Below, one piece after another: positions 26,015-38,756 of a stretch of 64,000 nt of DNA. Both the position numbers and the translations under genes were made by a program. The stretch lies in the NCBI RefSeq assembly GCF_006345805.1, contig NC_043009.1, forward strand, positions 26,226,001 through 26,290,000. Direction: 5' to 3'. This DNA comes from Octopus sinensis. Lineage: Eukaryota. Position 1 is the stretch's first letter. Each line of letters opens with the position of its first letter. A model generated the notes under the pieces. The model searched no databases and had not been told where the DNA came from. It saw only the letters and a list, made by a program, of their open reading frames with translations.

Positions 26015-26059
26015 GTACAACATATGTTTCAAACCATCAGTCTCGGTCTCTTCAGGTAC
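26015..26059 (-). ncRNA. Minimal hammerhead motif (left arm of foldback)
   Basis: Reads GUAC-CUGAAGA-GACC(gagacugau)GGUU-U-GAAAC-AUAU-GUU-GUAC, with palindromic ACAUAUGU. Confidence 0.7.
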
Positions 26060-26138
26060 ATTGAAGAAGTTTCAAGTTAGGACATATAACAACAAGCCAG
26101 CCGCTTGTAAAAATCTCTGGTAAGACTTTTGTATGAAT

Positions 26139-26183
26139 GTACCTGAGGAGACCCAGACTGGTGGCTCGAAACATGTGTTGTAC
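26139..26183 (+). ncRNA. Minimal hammerhead motif (right arm of foldback)
   Basis: Reads GUAC-CUGAGGA-GACCCAGACUGGUGGCUC-GAAAC-AUGU-GUU-GUAC. Confidence 0.65.
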
Positions 26184-26234
26184 CTAATAAAGGTCTAATA
26201 CGATATCCTTCTTCTATTTATTAATATTATATAT

Positions 26235-26440
26235 GTAGTAACCACATGTGAATCGTCGGCGATTTTGTTCCTCGGTCTTCCATTTTAGTGGACTTTCCTC
26301 TGTTTCTAAAGAAGAGCGTTGCTCGAAACGTTAAACCATCTTCCTTTCCTTCCCTGAGTGTCTGCTAATACTTTACATGTACCACGTCTTCGCGTTGTTG
26401 TTTTTTGTGTTTGTTGTTCTTTTATGGCCTTACCGTACAT
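26235..26440 (+). mobile_element. Neptune-type PLE 3' terminus with degenerate HHR (26302-26336)
   Basis: Reads GUUU-CUAAAGA-A-GAGC(guu)GCUC-GAAAC-GUU-AAAC. The downstream cctgag.g.c..ctaatac matches the 11646-11781 terminus, and it ends in (TA)n. Confidence 0.7.
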
Positions 26441-26588
26441 CTTTATATATATATATATACATAATAAGAGATACATATATATATTCATCTATCTATCTAT
26501 CTATTATATATATATATATATATAGTTGAAATTTACAGAAAAACAATAGTCGAAGACAAGTATATGTACACACACACACCCACACATG

Positions 26589-26629
<41 letters not shown>

Positions 26630-26652
26630 ACACATGCATACACACACACACA

Positions 26653-26715
<63 letters not shown>

Positions 26716-26776
26716 ATGTACTGATCTGTGATAGAAAGTTCAACAAAAATAGTACTCCATCTGGTGAGAGATAAAT

Positions 26777-26903
26777 ATTATTACTTAAAGGTCACAATGC
26801 ATGTATTAAAGCGCAACTAAAAGTTTCATATGTTGAGAGAACTCAAACATGTGAAACTATAAGTAGCATTTAAAGGCATGTATTATGACCTTTAAATAAT
26901 AAT
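26777..26903. repeat. Imperfect palindrome between (TA)n tracts
   Basis: ttattacttaaaggtcacaatgcatg...gtttcatatgttgag pairs with ctcaaacatgtgaaac...catgtattatgacctttaaataataa. Confidence 0.75.
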
Positions 26904-27485
26904 AATTATATATATATATTAAACAGAGGGTTGTTCTGCTGTAAAGTGTTTATAAGCGTGTGTGTATGTGTTCGTGTCTCCTTTTCTTGGCCTCGCACGA
27001 TCGTTACGTGCTTCATCATTCAAGCATTCATGTGGTGTTTATTTGTTTACGATCGTCTGTGAAAAACATGTCCGTCAGCCATGGGGAAATATTATCTAGT
27101 TAGAAAACAGATGAAGGTTGGCGACAGGAAGTGTATCCAGCAGTAGAAAATATGTCTCAACAGTTTCGTTCGGCTTCCTACAGGCAGAGAAATGTGGATA
27201 CTAAACCATGGTGAACGATTGAACTGACGAATGGATGTCACCGAATTTGGAAGTTATGTATTTATCTTGTTCTTCAACACTCACGTTTTTTTATATAATA
27301 TACTCTTTTGATTTCCATTATTTTTCTTAAGAAGACTTCGGTTTCTGATTCTCTGAACATCACTACAAAAAAAATTTGTCTTCAGTTTATTTATTTATTT
27401 ACATATTTTTAAAAATCAGAAGTATGTAGGGGTGAGAGGTTTTACAGTGTTGCTTTCCATTTTTGTAAATATACGTTTACGAATT

Positions 27486-27533
<48 letters not shown>

Positions 27534-27738
27534 AAATAGAAAGATGAATAATCTTGTAGTAGATTAATCAAAAGTTTAACCGATACCTTAGTAGCAAAAA
27601 TCACAGCAGTAAACAGCACGGTTGGAGGTACAACCATATGGTGTTGCAACCGTGCGTTGGTGCGGATAATTGAAATTAAAACATTATTGGTGAATTGAAG
27701 AAATGGAGCTGAACGCAGATTGAACAGAAATCGTTTTA

Positions 27739-27827
27739 TTTCATTCTACACGTGTTTCGAAAGGCACAAATTACCAAAATCCGATTGAATAATGGGACCA
27801 TATTGTGTCTTTCTCTTCAGGAAGAAA
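27739..27827 (-). ncRNA. Type I hammerhead ribozyme
   Basis: Reads UUUCUUC-CUGAAGA-GAAAGACACAA...UUGUGCCUUUC-GAAAC-ACGU-GUA-GAAUGAAA, with perfect palindrome ACACGUGU in stem III. Confidence 0.9.
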
Positions 27828-28418
27828 ATAGGAAATCCGTTGGAAAAAACAAAAGCAGAACAGAGGCGGAGCAAAAACAAATCGAACTATGCTCCTAAGA
27901 GCCCATGGCGAAACTGTTTATCAGTGTATGTTGAGAACCGATGACTGAAGAATTTAACGGGTCAGGCATCGGTCAATCATGTGGGTGAGGGTGTGTAGGT
28001 GTTCTTTGTGACCGAGAATAAAGTTCTGACTATTTAAGGAATATTGGATGTTTTATAAGGGGCGAGAAAAAATCTACTTAGAGACGTGTGTGTGTGTATA
28101 CTGTTCTATATATGTGTGTGTTGGCGTAGGGGTAGAAAACATTTTTTGTGTACGTGTGTGCGTTTGATCGTTCGGCTGTCAGTGGCTACTGCCGTGAGAA
28201 CCGTTAGGTGGCAGAAAAAAAAAATATATATATTATGTTTTATGTGTGTGTGTGTTCATCTAAGCCTGCCTTGTCAAGGAAACCCCCCGCTGTGAAAAAA
28301 CCAAGCCCCGTTTGTCTTACAGGAGTAATTCCCCTTGCAGTGGTTAATCGTAGATATCTTAAAGGCTATTTCAGAATTTGTTACCAAGGGCTATGGGTGC
28401 CGGTATTATTTATAAACG

Positions 28419-29640
28419 CTATTTAAAAGCCAGATAAGTGTAACGCCGCCAATGGGGGCATCGAAAAGCCGACTGTAAAAGCCCGTTTACCATCCGGCCT
28501 CTGGCAAACAAAATATGGAAGAGTTCGGAGACACAAAGGTTGCACTGCCTTCTGCCCCTATCAAATGGGAGGGCCACCGACAAAATTGACCATTCCAGCC
28601 TGTAGCTTAAGTTCGTATCCTTCAGTCGCCATATTAGCTTACTGAGTCCCGTGGTCTGGCGCTTGTTCATGTCCCGAAAAGTTGCGTAATCGTTGGAGAC
28701 ACGCAAAGACAATCTTGAGGATGAGGCCCCTACATAAGTGAAGACATCTGAGTCCGTGTAAACCTTGCATTGGTAGACGGCGTTTTGTGATCTTGGAGTT
28801 CGCCGACGTGAATCTTATTCTGCTAGGATTAGTTTCTGAAATTAGAACTGCGTTCCTGTCACTATATTCGTTCCGAGACCTGCAGCCGCTTACTACTCTA
28901 TTTTCCACTACGTCCTATTAACTATAGGAATAACCCCTGATTCTCCACTATCTATCAGAGTGCTGTCATTGCTACTGCCCGTGGTGCTGCTATTGCGGGA
29001 AATGATGCTGGGGATGCTATTGGGGCTCTCTACCCTACTCCCATTGTTACCGTCAACCACAACACCCCTATTTATAACTATACCCCTAGTGGGTACTCCC
29101 TGGCTGGAGCTGAGATTATGTGTCACTGTACTGGCTCTCATATCATTATTACTACTATAATTATTCCTACTGAGCATTAACCGGAGCGGAAGAGGCTGTG
29201 CCTCCGGAAAAAGGTGATAGGGTCTTAGTAAGTAGCCTATTATTATGGGAGGCGATTATCTGGGCGGTTTTTAGTGTTGGAGAAAGCTATCCTAACTTTA
29301 TGCGAGTTAACCGTGGAGTAATATTTGGAATTTCTGGGGAAGTTATTGGCGATGGCTTGTCTAAACATGAGGGGGAGGTTAGTTCTAATCTGCTTACCAA
29401 AGGGGATTACAAACCATATATGCTTATTCCTATCAGTGTGATGGGTCGGGACGCCAGCTCTCGCGTTCGGGGGTGGTGATTCTCGGATGAATAACGGGTC
29501 TTGGGTTAGTGTAAGACCTCCCGGACCGATAATTATCCTTGTTCGCTAAATTAAATGCGGGAGCGACTACCCCGGCATCCGCCGCGCTCCCGTCCTTACT
29601 TAAAATGTTAATGTTATTATATACGGCCCTATCCTGATGA
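28419..29640 (-). pseudogene. PLE linker and GIY-YIG endonuclease (frameshifted)
   Basis: Motifs HIWFVIPF...ANNFPRNSKYYSTVNSHKVRIAFS, then NAVYQCKVYTDSDVFTYVGASS, then LSKLIWRLK...LEWSIL..ALPF...CNLCVSE...CPH. Confidence 0.85.
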
Positions 29641-29827
29641 CCGGTCACAAAGAACACCTACACACCCTCACCCACATGATTGACCGATGCCTGACCCGTT
29701 AAATTCTTCAGCCACCGGTTCTCAACATACACTGATAAACAGTTTCGCCATGGGCTCTTAGGAGCATAGTTCGATTTGTTTTTGCTCCGCCTCTGTTCTG
29801 TTTTTGTTTTTCCAACGGATTTCCTAT

Positions 29828-29914
29828 TTTCTTCCTGAAGAGAAAGACACAATATGGTCCCATTATTCAATCGGATTTGGTAATTTGTCCTTTCGAAACA
29901 CGTGTAGAATGAAA
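29828..29914 (+). ncRNA. Type I hammerhead ribozyme (inverted pLTR copy)
   Basis: CTGAAGA at 29835, GAAAC at 29895 and cleavage triplet GTA at 29904-29906. Same stems as 27739-27827. Confidence 0.9.
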
Positions 29915-29967
29915 TAAAACGATTTCGTTCAATCTGCGTTCAGCTCCATCTTCAATTCACCATAATG

Positions 29968-30046
<79 letters not shown>

Positions 30047-31003
30047 TGTATGTATATATATATATATGTATATATGTATGTATATATATGATATATATTA
30101 TATAATATACAAAGATATATGTATGTATGTATGCATATATGTGTGTATGTATGTATGTTTGTATGCATGTATTCATGTATGTATGTATGTATGCATGTAT
30201 GTAATGTTGACGCCGTAAGAATTTAGAAACTTCGAGAACTTGAAGCAATTCTTTTTGGAATGGTGAATATTGGAGCAAATAAAACTATAAATGGAAGCTT
30301 GTAGTCAGAATAAGGTTTTTAAAACAGAAACTGCAAAAGTCTGGTTTTCAGCCACTGGCAGAAAGGAGTTGTAGGTTCAAGTCCCACGGGCAGCCTTGGT
30401 TTTTTTTGTGCCCAAAAGGATTTTTAACCCAATACTTACACGCTATTATTTGTAGCTTCCTTTGCTTCCAGATCAGCTGTTCTAAAAAAGAATATGGGTA
30501 GGAAGAGTCATTTGACACTATGCACTTATACTTGTAAACTTTTAATTGTCAGGTCTTACTTATATTCACCTTATGAAAACGAGTTTTGTTGCATGACCTA
30601 ACACTTCTGTTATCGAATATTTTAGGTACTCAGAAAATAAAACAGTAAAGATTGATGTTATCATAAATGAATTCACATGATTTTTATTTGTTTGACAACT
30701 AATACCGCCATTCCAAGATATTCTAGCCCTGTGTCCACAAATACATTTACATTTCGACTGAAATTCCTTACTTTTATTGTTTTTTTTAAATTTTAAATTT
30801 AGTTACATTGGTTCAAAACATGTAATTCATTTTCTTTTTCATGTAAATTTTCTCATTTTCAAAAGGTAACATGTAATTGGAGTTTAACTTGAAAATGAAA
30901 GACGTAATTTTTTTTTCCAGTGTTTGAGGGGATAATTAAAATATTGAAGCATAAACTGAGTGCAATGAGATTTTCAAGTTTCAGCTTTTTTATTGGTATT
31001 TCA

Positions 31004-31090
<87 letters not shown>

Positions 31091-31332
31091 TTGATGATGA
31101 TGATGATGATGATGATGATACACACACACACACACAAATATATAAATAACTAAATGCATCTTACAGTTAAATTTAAAATAAACTTATTAAATTGATTTAA
31201 AAATTTAAACTTTATTTCAGTGCAGAAAAAAAGCGTTTTACGTAGACTGCCAAATTAAAAGTAAACTTGCTTCTAATATAAGTACCTTTCACACTCACAC
31301 ACACACACACACATACACACACACACACACAT

Positions 31333-31396
<64 letters not shown>

Positions 31397-32312
31397 ACAA
31401 ACACACACCATTGCGCGCGCGCATGAATTTGTGCTTGTCCTCCCCACCAGGTGTTGGTTTCTTTAAGTTCCTCTATCTTGGCGGTTCGACGAAAGCAACA
31501 AAAAACGATAGGTACCAGACTTTTAAAAAATTATTACTGTGGTCTATTCGTACGACTAAATCTTTCAATGCGCTGCTCCAGTATGGCCGCTGTCCTTAGA
31601 CTGTAATAAAAAAAAAAACGATATATACTTATTATACACCTGGTTTTATGTTTAAATCAAAATGCTAAAGTCTTATGTATATCTCGTGGTAGGAGAGAAG
31701 ATGAGAGGAAGAAGTGATTATGTTTACATACATTTTCTATCCCCAATATTTATTTTATAGCCGCTTGAATTAATATATTTTGGCATATTTCAATACACAT
31801 CTTTATTCCTTTATCTCGTTCCAGGAAAAACCATTCTGTCTAAGAGACAGAGAAAATTCATTCTGTACATTTTATTCATATTTTTTCCTCATTTTTACAA
31901 AAAGGATTTCGCCACAATTTTTGATTAGCCTTCAGCTATACACGACTAATATTTCCCACCTTTTATTTTTCGTGGGTAGCAAAAATACATTTATTCCATT
32001 AGCATAACTTTTCGATCTCAGTTCACTGCTTAGCCTTCTGGTAAAATTTTACTGTAAAATTAGCTTAATAGCTCGTTTTTTTTTCTTGTTTATTTTCTTC
32101 TCTTTTTCAATATTTCCCTCATTTTATTGGCTATTAATATATTTATTTCTTCATCTCAAGACAACCATACTTTACCATTTCTATTTCGTTCTTTATTAAG
32201 TTATTTTCTAACAAAGAATTTTAAATCCCGGACTAGTATTTTTCTTTTTGTTTTACCATTAGAGGCGACTCCTGTTTTCTGTATTATTTGTCTTTGCTTT
32301 CCTTTAATATTT

Positions 32313-33120
<808 letters not shown>

Positions 33121-33953
33121 GTTTGTGTGTCTGTGTTTCTCCCCCTAGCATTGCTTGACAACCGATGCTGGTGTGTCTACGTCCCCGTCACTTAGCGGTT
33201 CGGCAAAAGAGACCGATAGAATAAGTACTGGGCTTACAAAGAATAAGTTCCGGGGTCGATTTGATCGACTAAAGGCGGTGCTCCAGCATGGCCGCAGTCA
33301 AATGACTGAAACAAGTAAAAGAGTAAAAGAGTAAAAGAGATACATACATACATACATACATACATACATACCCGCACTACTTATTATGTCTCAACTGATA
33401 ATCTTGGCACATGGTGTCTCAGTCTGCCTCTTGCGATAATGCAACAAATCGTTTGTGGTATTTATTTATTTATCCATTTACGAAGAGAGGAAAAGTGAAA
33501 CACATTGGTTGTTTTAAAAGAAAATTTTGCGCACGTGTTTGTGCGTCTATGTTTATAATGTATATGTGGGTATAAAATGAGTATATATATGTGTGTATGT
33601 ATGTATGCATGTATGTATGTATGCATGCATGTATGTATGTATGTATGTATGTATGTATGTATGTATGTATGTATGTATATGTGTTGTGTGTGTGTGTATA
33701 TATAAATATATGCGTGTGTATGTATGTATATATGTATGTATATCTGCTATTTTTTTATCTTTTACTTGTTCCATCATTAAACTGCAGCTATGCTGGGGCA
33801 TCGAATGTCGAATGTATAGACCACATTCCATATGTTTTTAAAGCCTGATACTTTTTGTATCGATCTCTTTTTCAGAACTGCTAAGTTACAGGGACATATA
33901 TAATGCCAACACCAGTTATCAAGCGGTTGTGTGGACAAACACAAACACAGACA

Positions 33954-34034
<81 letters not shown>

Positions 34035-34052
34035 AGATAGATAGATAGATAG

Positions 34053-34102
<50 letters not shown>

Positions 34103-34346
34103 CGACGGGCTTCTTTCGGTTTCGGCGTACCAAATCCACTCACAAAGTATTGGTAGGCCGGAAGCTATAGTAGAAGACACTTACCTGAGGTGCCACGGAC
34201 TGAACTCTGAACTATGTGGTTGGGATGTAACTTTCTTACGGACATGTATTATAGAGCATCAACTGAAAGAGCTGTAAGGGATGATGATTACTTTACTGTT
34301 AATAATAAATAATCATCCACTTCCCAATCTCCATTCTTTCTTTCTT

Positions 34347-34379
<33 letters not shown>

Positions 34380-36409
34380 TCTGAAACCTGTCGCTACTGA
34401 CATAGGAAATCAGTAGCTTAACACTGACTGATGTTGCGAAAAGCTGTCCGACTGAATTAAAAATCTATTATATGCAACAGAAGTAGCAATAGATTAAAAT
34501 AGACATTTATGTATCACACTTAATGTAAATATATTACGAAAAAACACGTTTATCTATGTATTTGTTATAGATAAACTACTTAAATTGTCTCACTGTCGAA
34601 GGTGAAAATGGTAGAGGTGCATTCCCCCTTTTATTAAACTATGAGCACATTTTTGTGTACAGCTTCAAAAAAATCATATATTGTAAATTCGACAGAAAGC
34701 ACAGTACATCAGTGTATGTAATACTAAATAATCAATCTCAGAAACTCCGTTCCATTTACCTTTCACTGCTAACGCCTTTCTAATCAGCGTGAAATTCATC
34801 CGAGCACCTCAGTTTGCGGCAATAGTCGTAGGCTTAAAAATAAATCAACATTTACAGACTTCTGTGATGCGCTAACGGTCGACCATGGTACATCAAATAT
34901 ATACAATCCATGATACGTTTAGGACACTTATTCAGAAGAGCGCCACAAATAGGACATCGGTTTAGAGAACATCATACCTGCGATGTAGTTTTGGTTCTAA
35001 GTTGAAGCAGTTAATTTCAATTGTGTTACCAAATTGTTTGTAACTTCCCCCACCCTGTGCTACTTAGACTTAGGTCGGTCATGAAGCCAAGGACTCATAA
35101 GGCCAGACCTTAACTCCGTTTCCATAGCGATTGAGGTAACAAAGTTTTCCACTGAATTGGACGCCAGTCCATCACAGCATTAACTTCCTAGCTATTGTTA
35201 GAACTCATTTATAGCTGAACGGATTGGAGAAACGGGAAGCGAAGTATTTTTCTTGAGAACACAAAGCACCACCCGGTCCGGGGATTGAAACCATGGTCTT
35301 ACGATCCTGCACACAGCATCCTTACCACTAAGACATTAACCTTCACTTCCTAATTCCAATTTCATTGAACTTTTCAAGTTTAATTAAAGAAACAACGATA
35401 TGGACAAGATTCTTACCTTAGATTATAGCAGAATAAATCGTAAGACTTAGATGAGTCGAGAATTTAAAACGATTTCCTTCCCACGTTAAAAGCCATTTTG
35501 AATCACCGATATTGCTAATATCCATTAGAGACTTCAGTTTCCTTTGATAGTCTGGGAAGTTCTGAAATAGTGTTGGGCATTGCTCCATCTTCTCTAACTT
35601 ACTTTAAATAAAACCAAGGAATAATGCTCCAAAGCATTGGAATATGGTAGACTATCAGAAATTGTTTGCGTATCTGATTAAATACTTAAGAGGATTTAGT
35701 TTTGAAGTTCAATTCCCACTTCTGTTGATTTTCTGTCGTTGTTTTGTTTTTCTAAGGTCCTTTTGGACTTGATAAAATAAATTCTAGCGAAGCAGTGTTG
35801 CAGATTTAAAAGACTGTTTCGTAGTCTATTATTAAAAAAAAATTTTTGTTGCTTTTGTAAAATCTCAGAAAATAATTAAAAATTCACATTTTTTGTCAAA
35901 TTATTTTGTTATATTTGTCTATCTATCCAACTGTAAACATTTATATCTTTTATCATTTACTGTTATATCTTTTATCATTTACATATTTCAGTCATTAGAC
36001 AGCGGCCATGCTGGGGCACTGCCTTGAAGAATTTTATCCAAATAAAAGTACCAGACTTTTTTAAAGCCTGGTACTTATTTTATCGGTCTCTTTTGCCGAA
36101 GCGAAAGGTTATGAAATATAAACACGCTAACACTTGTTGTCAAGCGGTGATGGGCGACAAACACAAACACAAAGACACACACACATAGATATATGGACAA
36201 TGCGCTTCTTTCAGTTTCCCTCAACCAAATCTATAGACAAGGCTATCGTCGGCCCCAGGCTATAGTAGAAGACACTTGCCCAAGTTGCCATGCAGTGAGA
36301 CTAAACCCGGAACCATGTGGTTGGGAAACAAGTTTCTTACCACACAGCAATGCTTGTCTCTACATGTTGAAGAATTTACTCCAGAGTAAGAGAATCAATC
36401 ACAGTTTTT

Positions 36410-36936
36410 TGTTTGCGTGGGAGGTTAAGCAGTTGTGGTCGATGAAAAATGTGGAGAGCTGGCAGAATCGTTAGCACGTCGGGCGAAATGCTTAGCGGTA
36501 TTTCATCTGCCGTTACGTTGTGAGTTCAAATTCCGCCGAGGTCGACTTTACTTTTCATCCTTTCAGGGTCGATAAATTAAGTACCAGTTACGCACTGGGG
36601 TCGATGTAATCGACTTAATACCTATGTCTGTCCTTGTTTGTCCCCTCTATGTTTAGCCCCTTGTGGGTAATAAAGAAATAGGTCGATGAAAAAGGTGGTA
36701 GTAGTACCAATAACTGTCGGAGCAGTGAATAAAAATCTTGAGAATTACATGGAACAAATAGGGGCTGCTATAAAGGTGGAGCACTTGCAGAAAACAGCAC
36801 TACTTGGAACCGCTCGAATACTGCGGATGGTGCTCGGAAAATAAGGGGTGTTACCTTTGTTCACTGGTAGTGAACAGCTGGCACCGTAACACATCTCCAG
36901 CGTTAGAAGCTGAGCAAATGCAATAAATAATAATAA
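36410..36936 (+). pseudogene. R4/Dong-clade LINE 3' end interrupted by a SINE
   Basis: Reads AWEVKQLWSMK//KVVVVPITVGAVNKNLENYMEQIGAAIKVEHLQKTALLGTARILRMVLGK*, followed by a short UTR and (taa)n. Confidence 0.85.
36450..36680 (+). mobile_element. MetaSINE-like monomer with 13-bp TSD
   Basis: ggtcgatgaaaaa occurs at 36437-36449 and 36681-36693. Confidence 0.9.
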
Positions 36937-37099
36937 TTTCTTTCATTAGTCACGGGGGCATAAATGATAGGGACATCACAAGGATAAACAATTTGTGTAG
37001 GGATTTACTGTACATAAAGGATGGGCAGAAAGAAATGGAAAAGACAGTGAAACGCAATAAAAGTATACGTAGTATGCAGATTATGTGATTTAATGAATG

Positions 37100-38170
37100 A
37101 TGCATTCAAACAGTCCCGTCTGAAAGCGCTTCTGTGCTTGTAGAGTTTATCTCGAACCGGCAGTACTCATCGGTAGTACTATCAAGCCAGGAATTTCTGA
37201 CCATGGAAGTACCAGGCCCGAAAGTCCTCCGAAATAGTCCAACTTCGTCGATACCTAGAATTTCCCTGAATACATCATTGCTCTTACCCACCACTAATTT
37301 CTATTCATTACTACTTCAGAACTTCCACCAATCGTATTGCCCGACTGGTAGAGAGCAGTGAGTGCCTGACGACATTCCAGATGCCTAATCTTGGTCTTTT
37401 TTCTTGATCCAAGTTTGCAGTTCCGTCAAAGAGATGAGCTGTTGGAAATCATGTCTTACAAACGGAGACCACACCGGATTGGCGTCCACTAAACTTTGTA
37501 AGAGGTGTTACTGCAACGCGTGTTTGAGCATTAACGACCACGGCATACCAAACCTGCCATCCAGTGTGGGCTTGCATCAGATGAACCGCTTAACCAGAGG
37601 AACAGGTTCTTTCCGCAGGAAGGAGAAAAATAAACACTCCAGTTCGGTTAGACGTGGACTGAGGCAAGGTACAATGGTCTTTGTTATTAATGAGGTGATG
37701 TGTGCATTCACAACCTCTCCTCGCCCTATCAGGGATAAATTCCTTTCCTCTCAGTCCATTTCTGAGTGAGACTGACTATTCTGTTTGTAACCTCATCCTT
37801 GTTCTTGTCCATCCGGAAATCCGGGTCAAACTAGACACCGTCCGTTCATTGACCTACTACATTTCTCGTTGGCATTGTCTTGCCCCATCAGTTGATTAGC
37901 CGCAGGTCTACCGACTTGTTCGGATTTACCTCAGCTCCTGTAATCGTCTCGTGTTCCTTTAAAATGGAATCGACTACCTCAACTTCCACGGTGCCCAACA
38001 CCACGAGTTTGATGCTAGCCGCAAATGCCGATACAGTTCTGTTGCATCCCAGCTCGAAGGGGATGCCTCTCAATGGTAGTTTGGTCGTTTTATCGCAGCG
38101 ATAAGACTTCGGTGAGACGTATCTGTGCCCCGGTCATCAACTATCCATGCAGAGACATTTCGACTGATCG
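37100..38170 (-). pseudogene. L1/Tx1-like LINE RT remnant
   Basis: TVSAFAASIKLVV...ILKEHETITGAEVNPNKSV resembles the degenerate (S)AYADD...GAKINxxKS region. Multiple stops. Confidence 0.65.
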
Positions 38171-38625
38171 ATTATCCAAGTTTTTTGTCATTCAAATAAA
38201 TAAATAAATCACAGAGGGCGTGAATGCCAACCAATACGATGTTATTTTTTGGTTGTTGTTTTTTTTTCTTTCTTCACGCCCCTTCTTCCTCTGTAACTCT
38301 GAAACATTATGCCTATATAATCGATAATTCAACACAGAGAGCGAAATAACGCCTGACGTTTATGCGAATTAATGCTTCAATACGTCTAGCGGAGAAGTCG
38401 AGATTTTATAGCAAGATATGGCTTGTTATGTTGCTGTTGTTGTTATTGTCGTTGCTATTGTTAGTGGTGGCAGTGGAGGCGGTGGTGGTTGTGGCATTGT
38501 TGCTGAAGTTTTTGTTGTTGATAATCTCAGATATCTGTTCACTCGCTTCACTGAGTCTTCATTTCTGTCTCCTCGCCACTCAACTCAGAGAGCCACTGGC
38601 TAATGCATTTCTGCCAGTCTCTATA

Positions 38626-38667
<42 letters not shown>

Positions 38668-38722
38668 CTTTGTCTCTCTCTCTCTCTTTCTCAGTCTCTT
38701 TCTCGCCATCTCTCTCTCTCTT

Positions 38723-38756
<34 letters not shown>

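Larger units (their letters stand above)
27530..29969 (-). mobile_element. Second Naiad-type PLE, 5'-truncated, with inverted pseudo-LTR
   Basis: Minus-strand linker, EN and UTR. 29642-29969 is an inverted copy of 27680-28014, and (TA)n flanks both ends. Confidence 0.9.
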
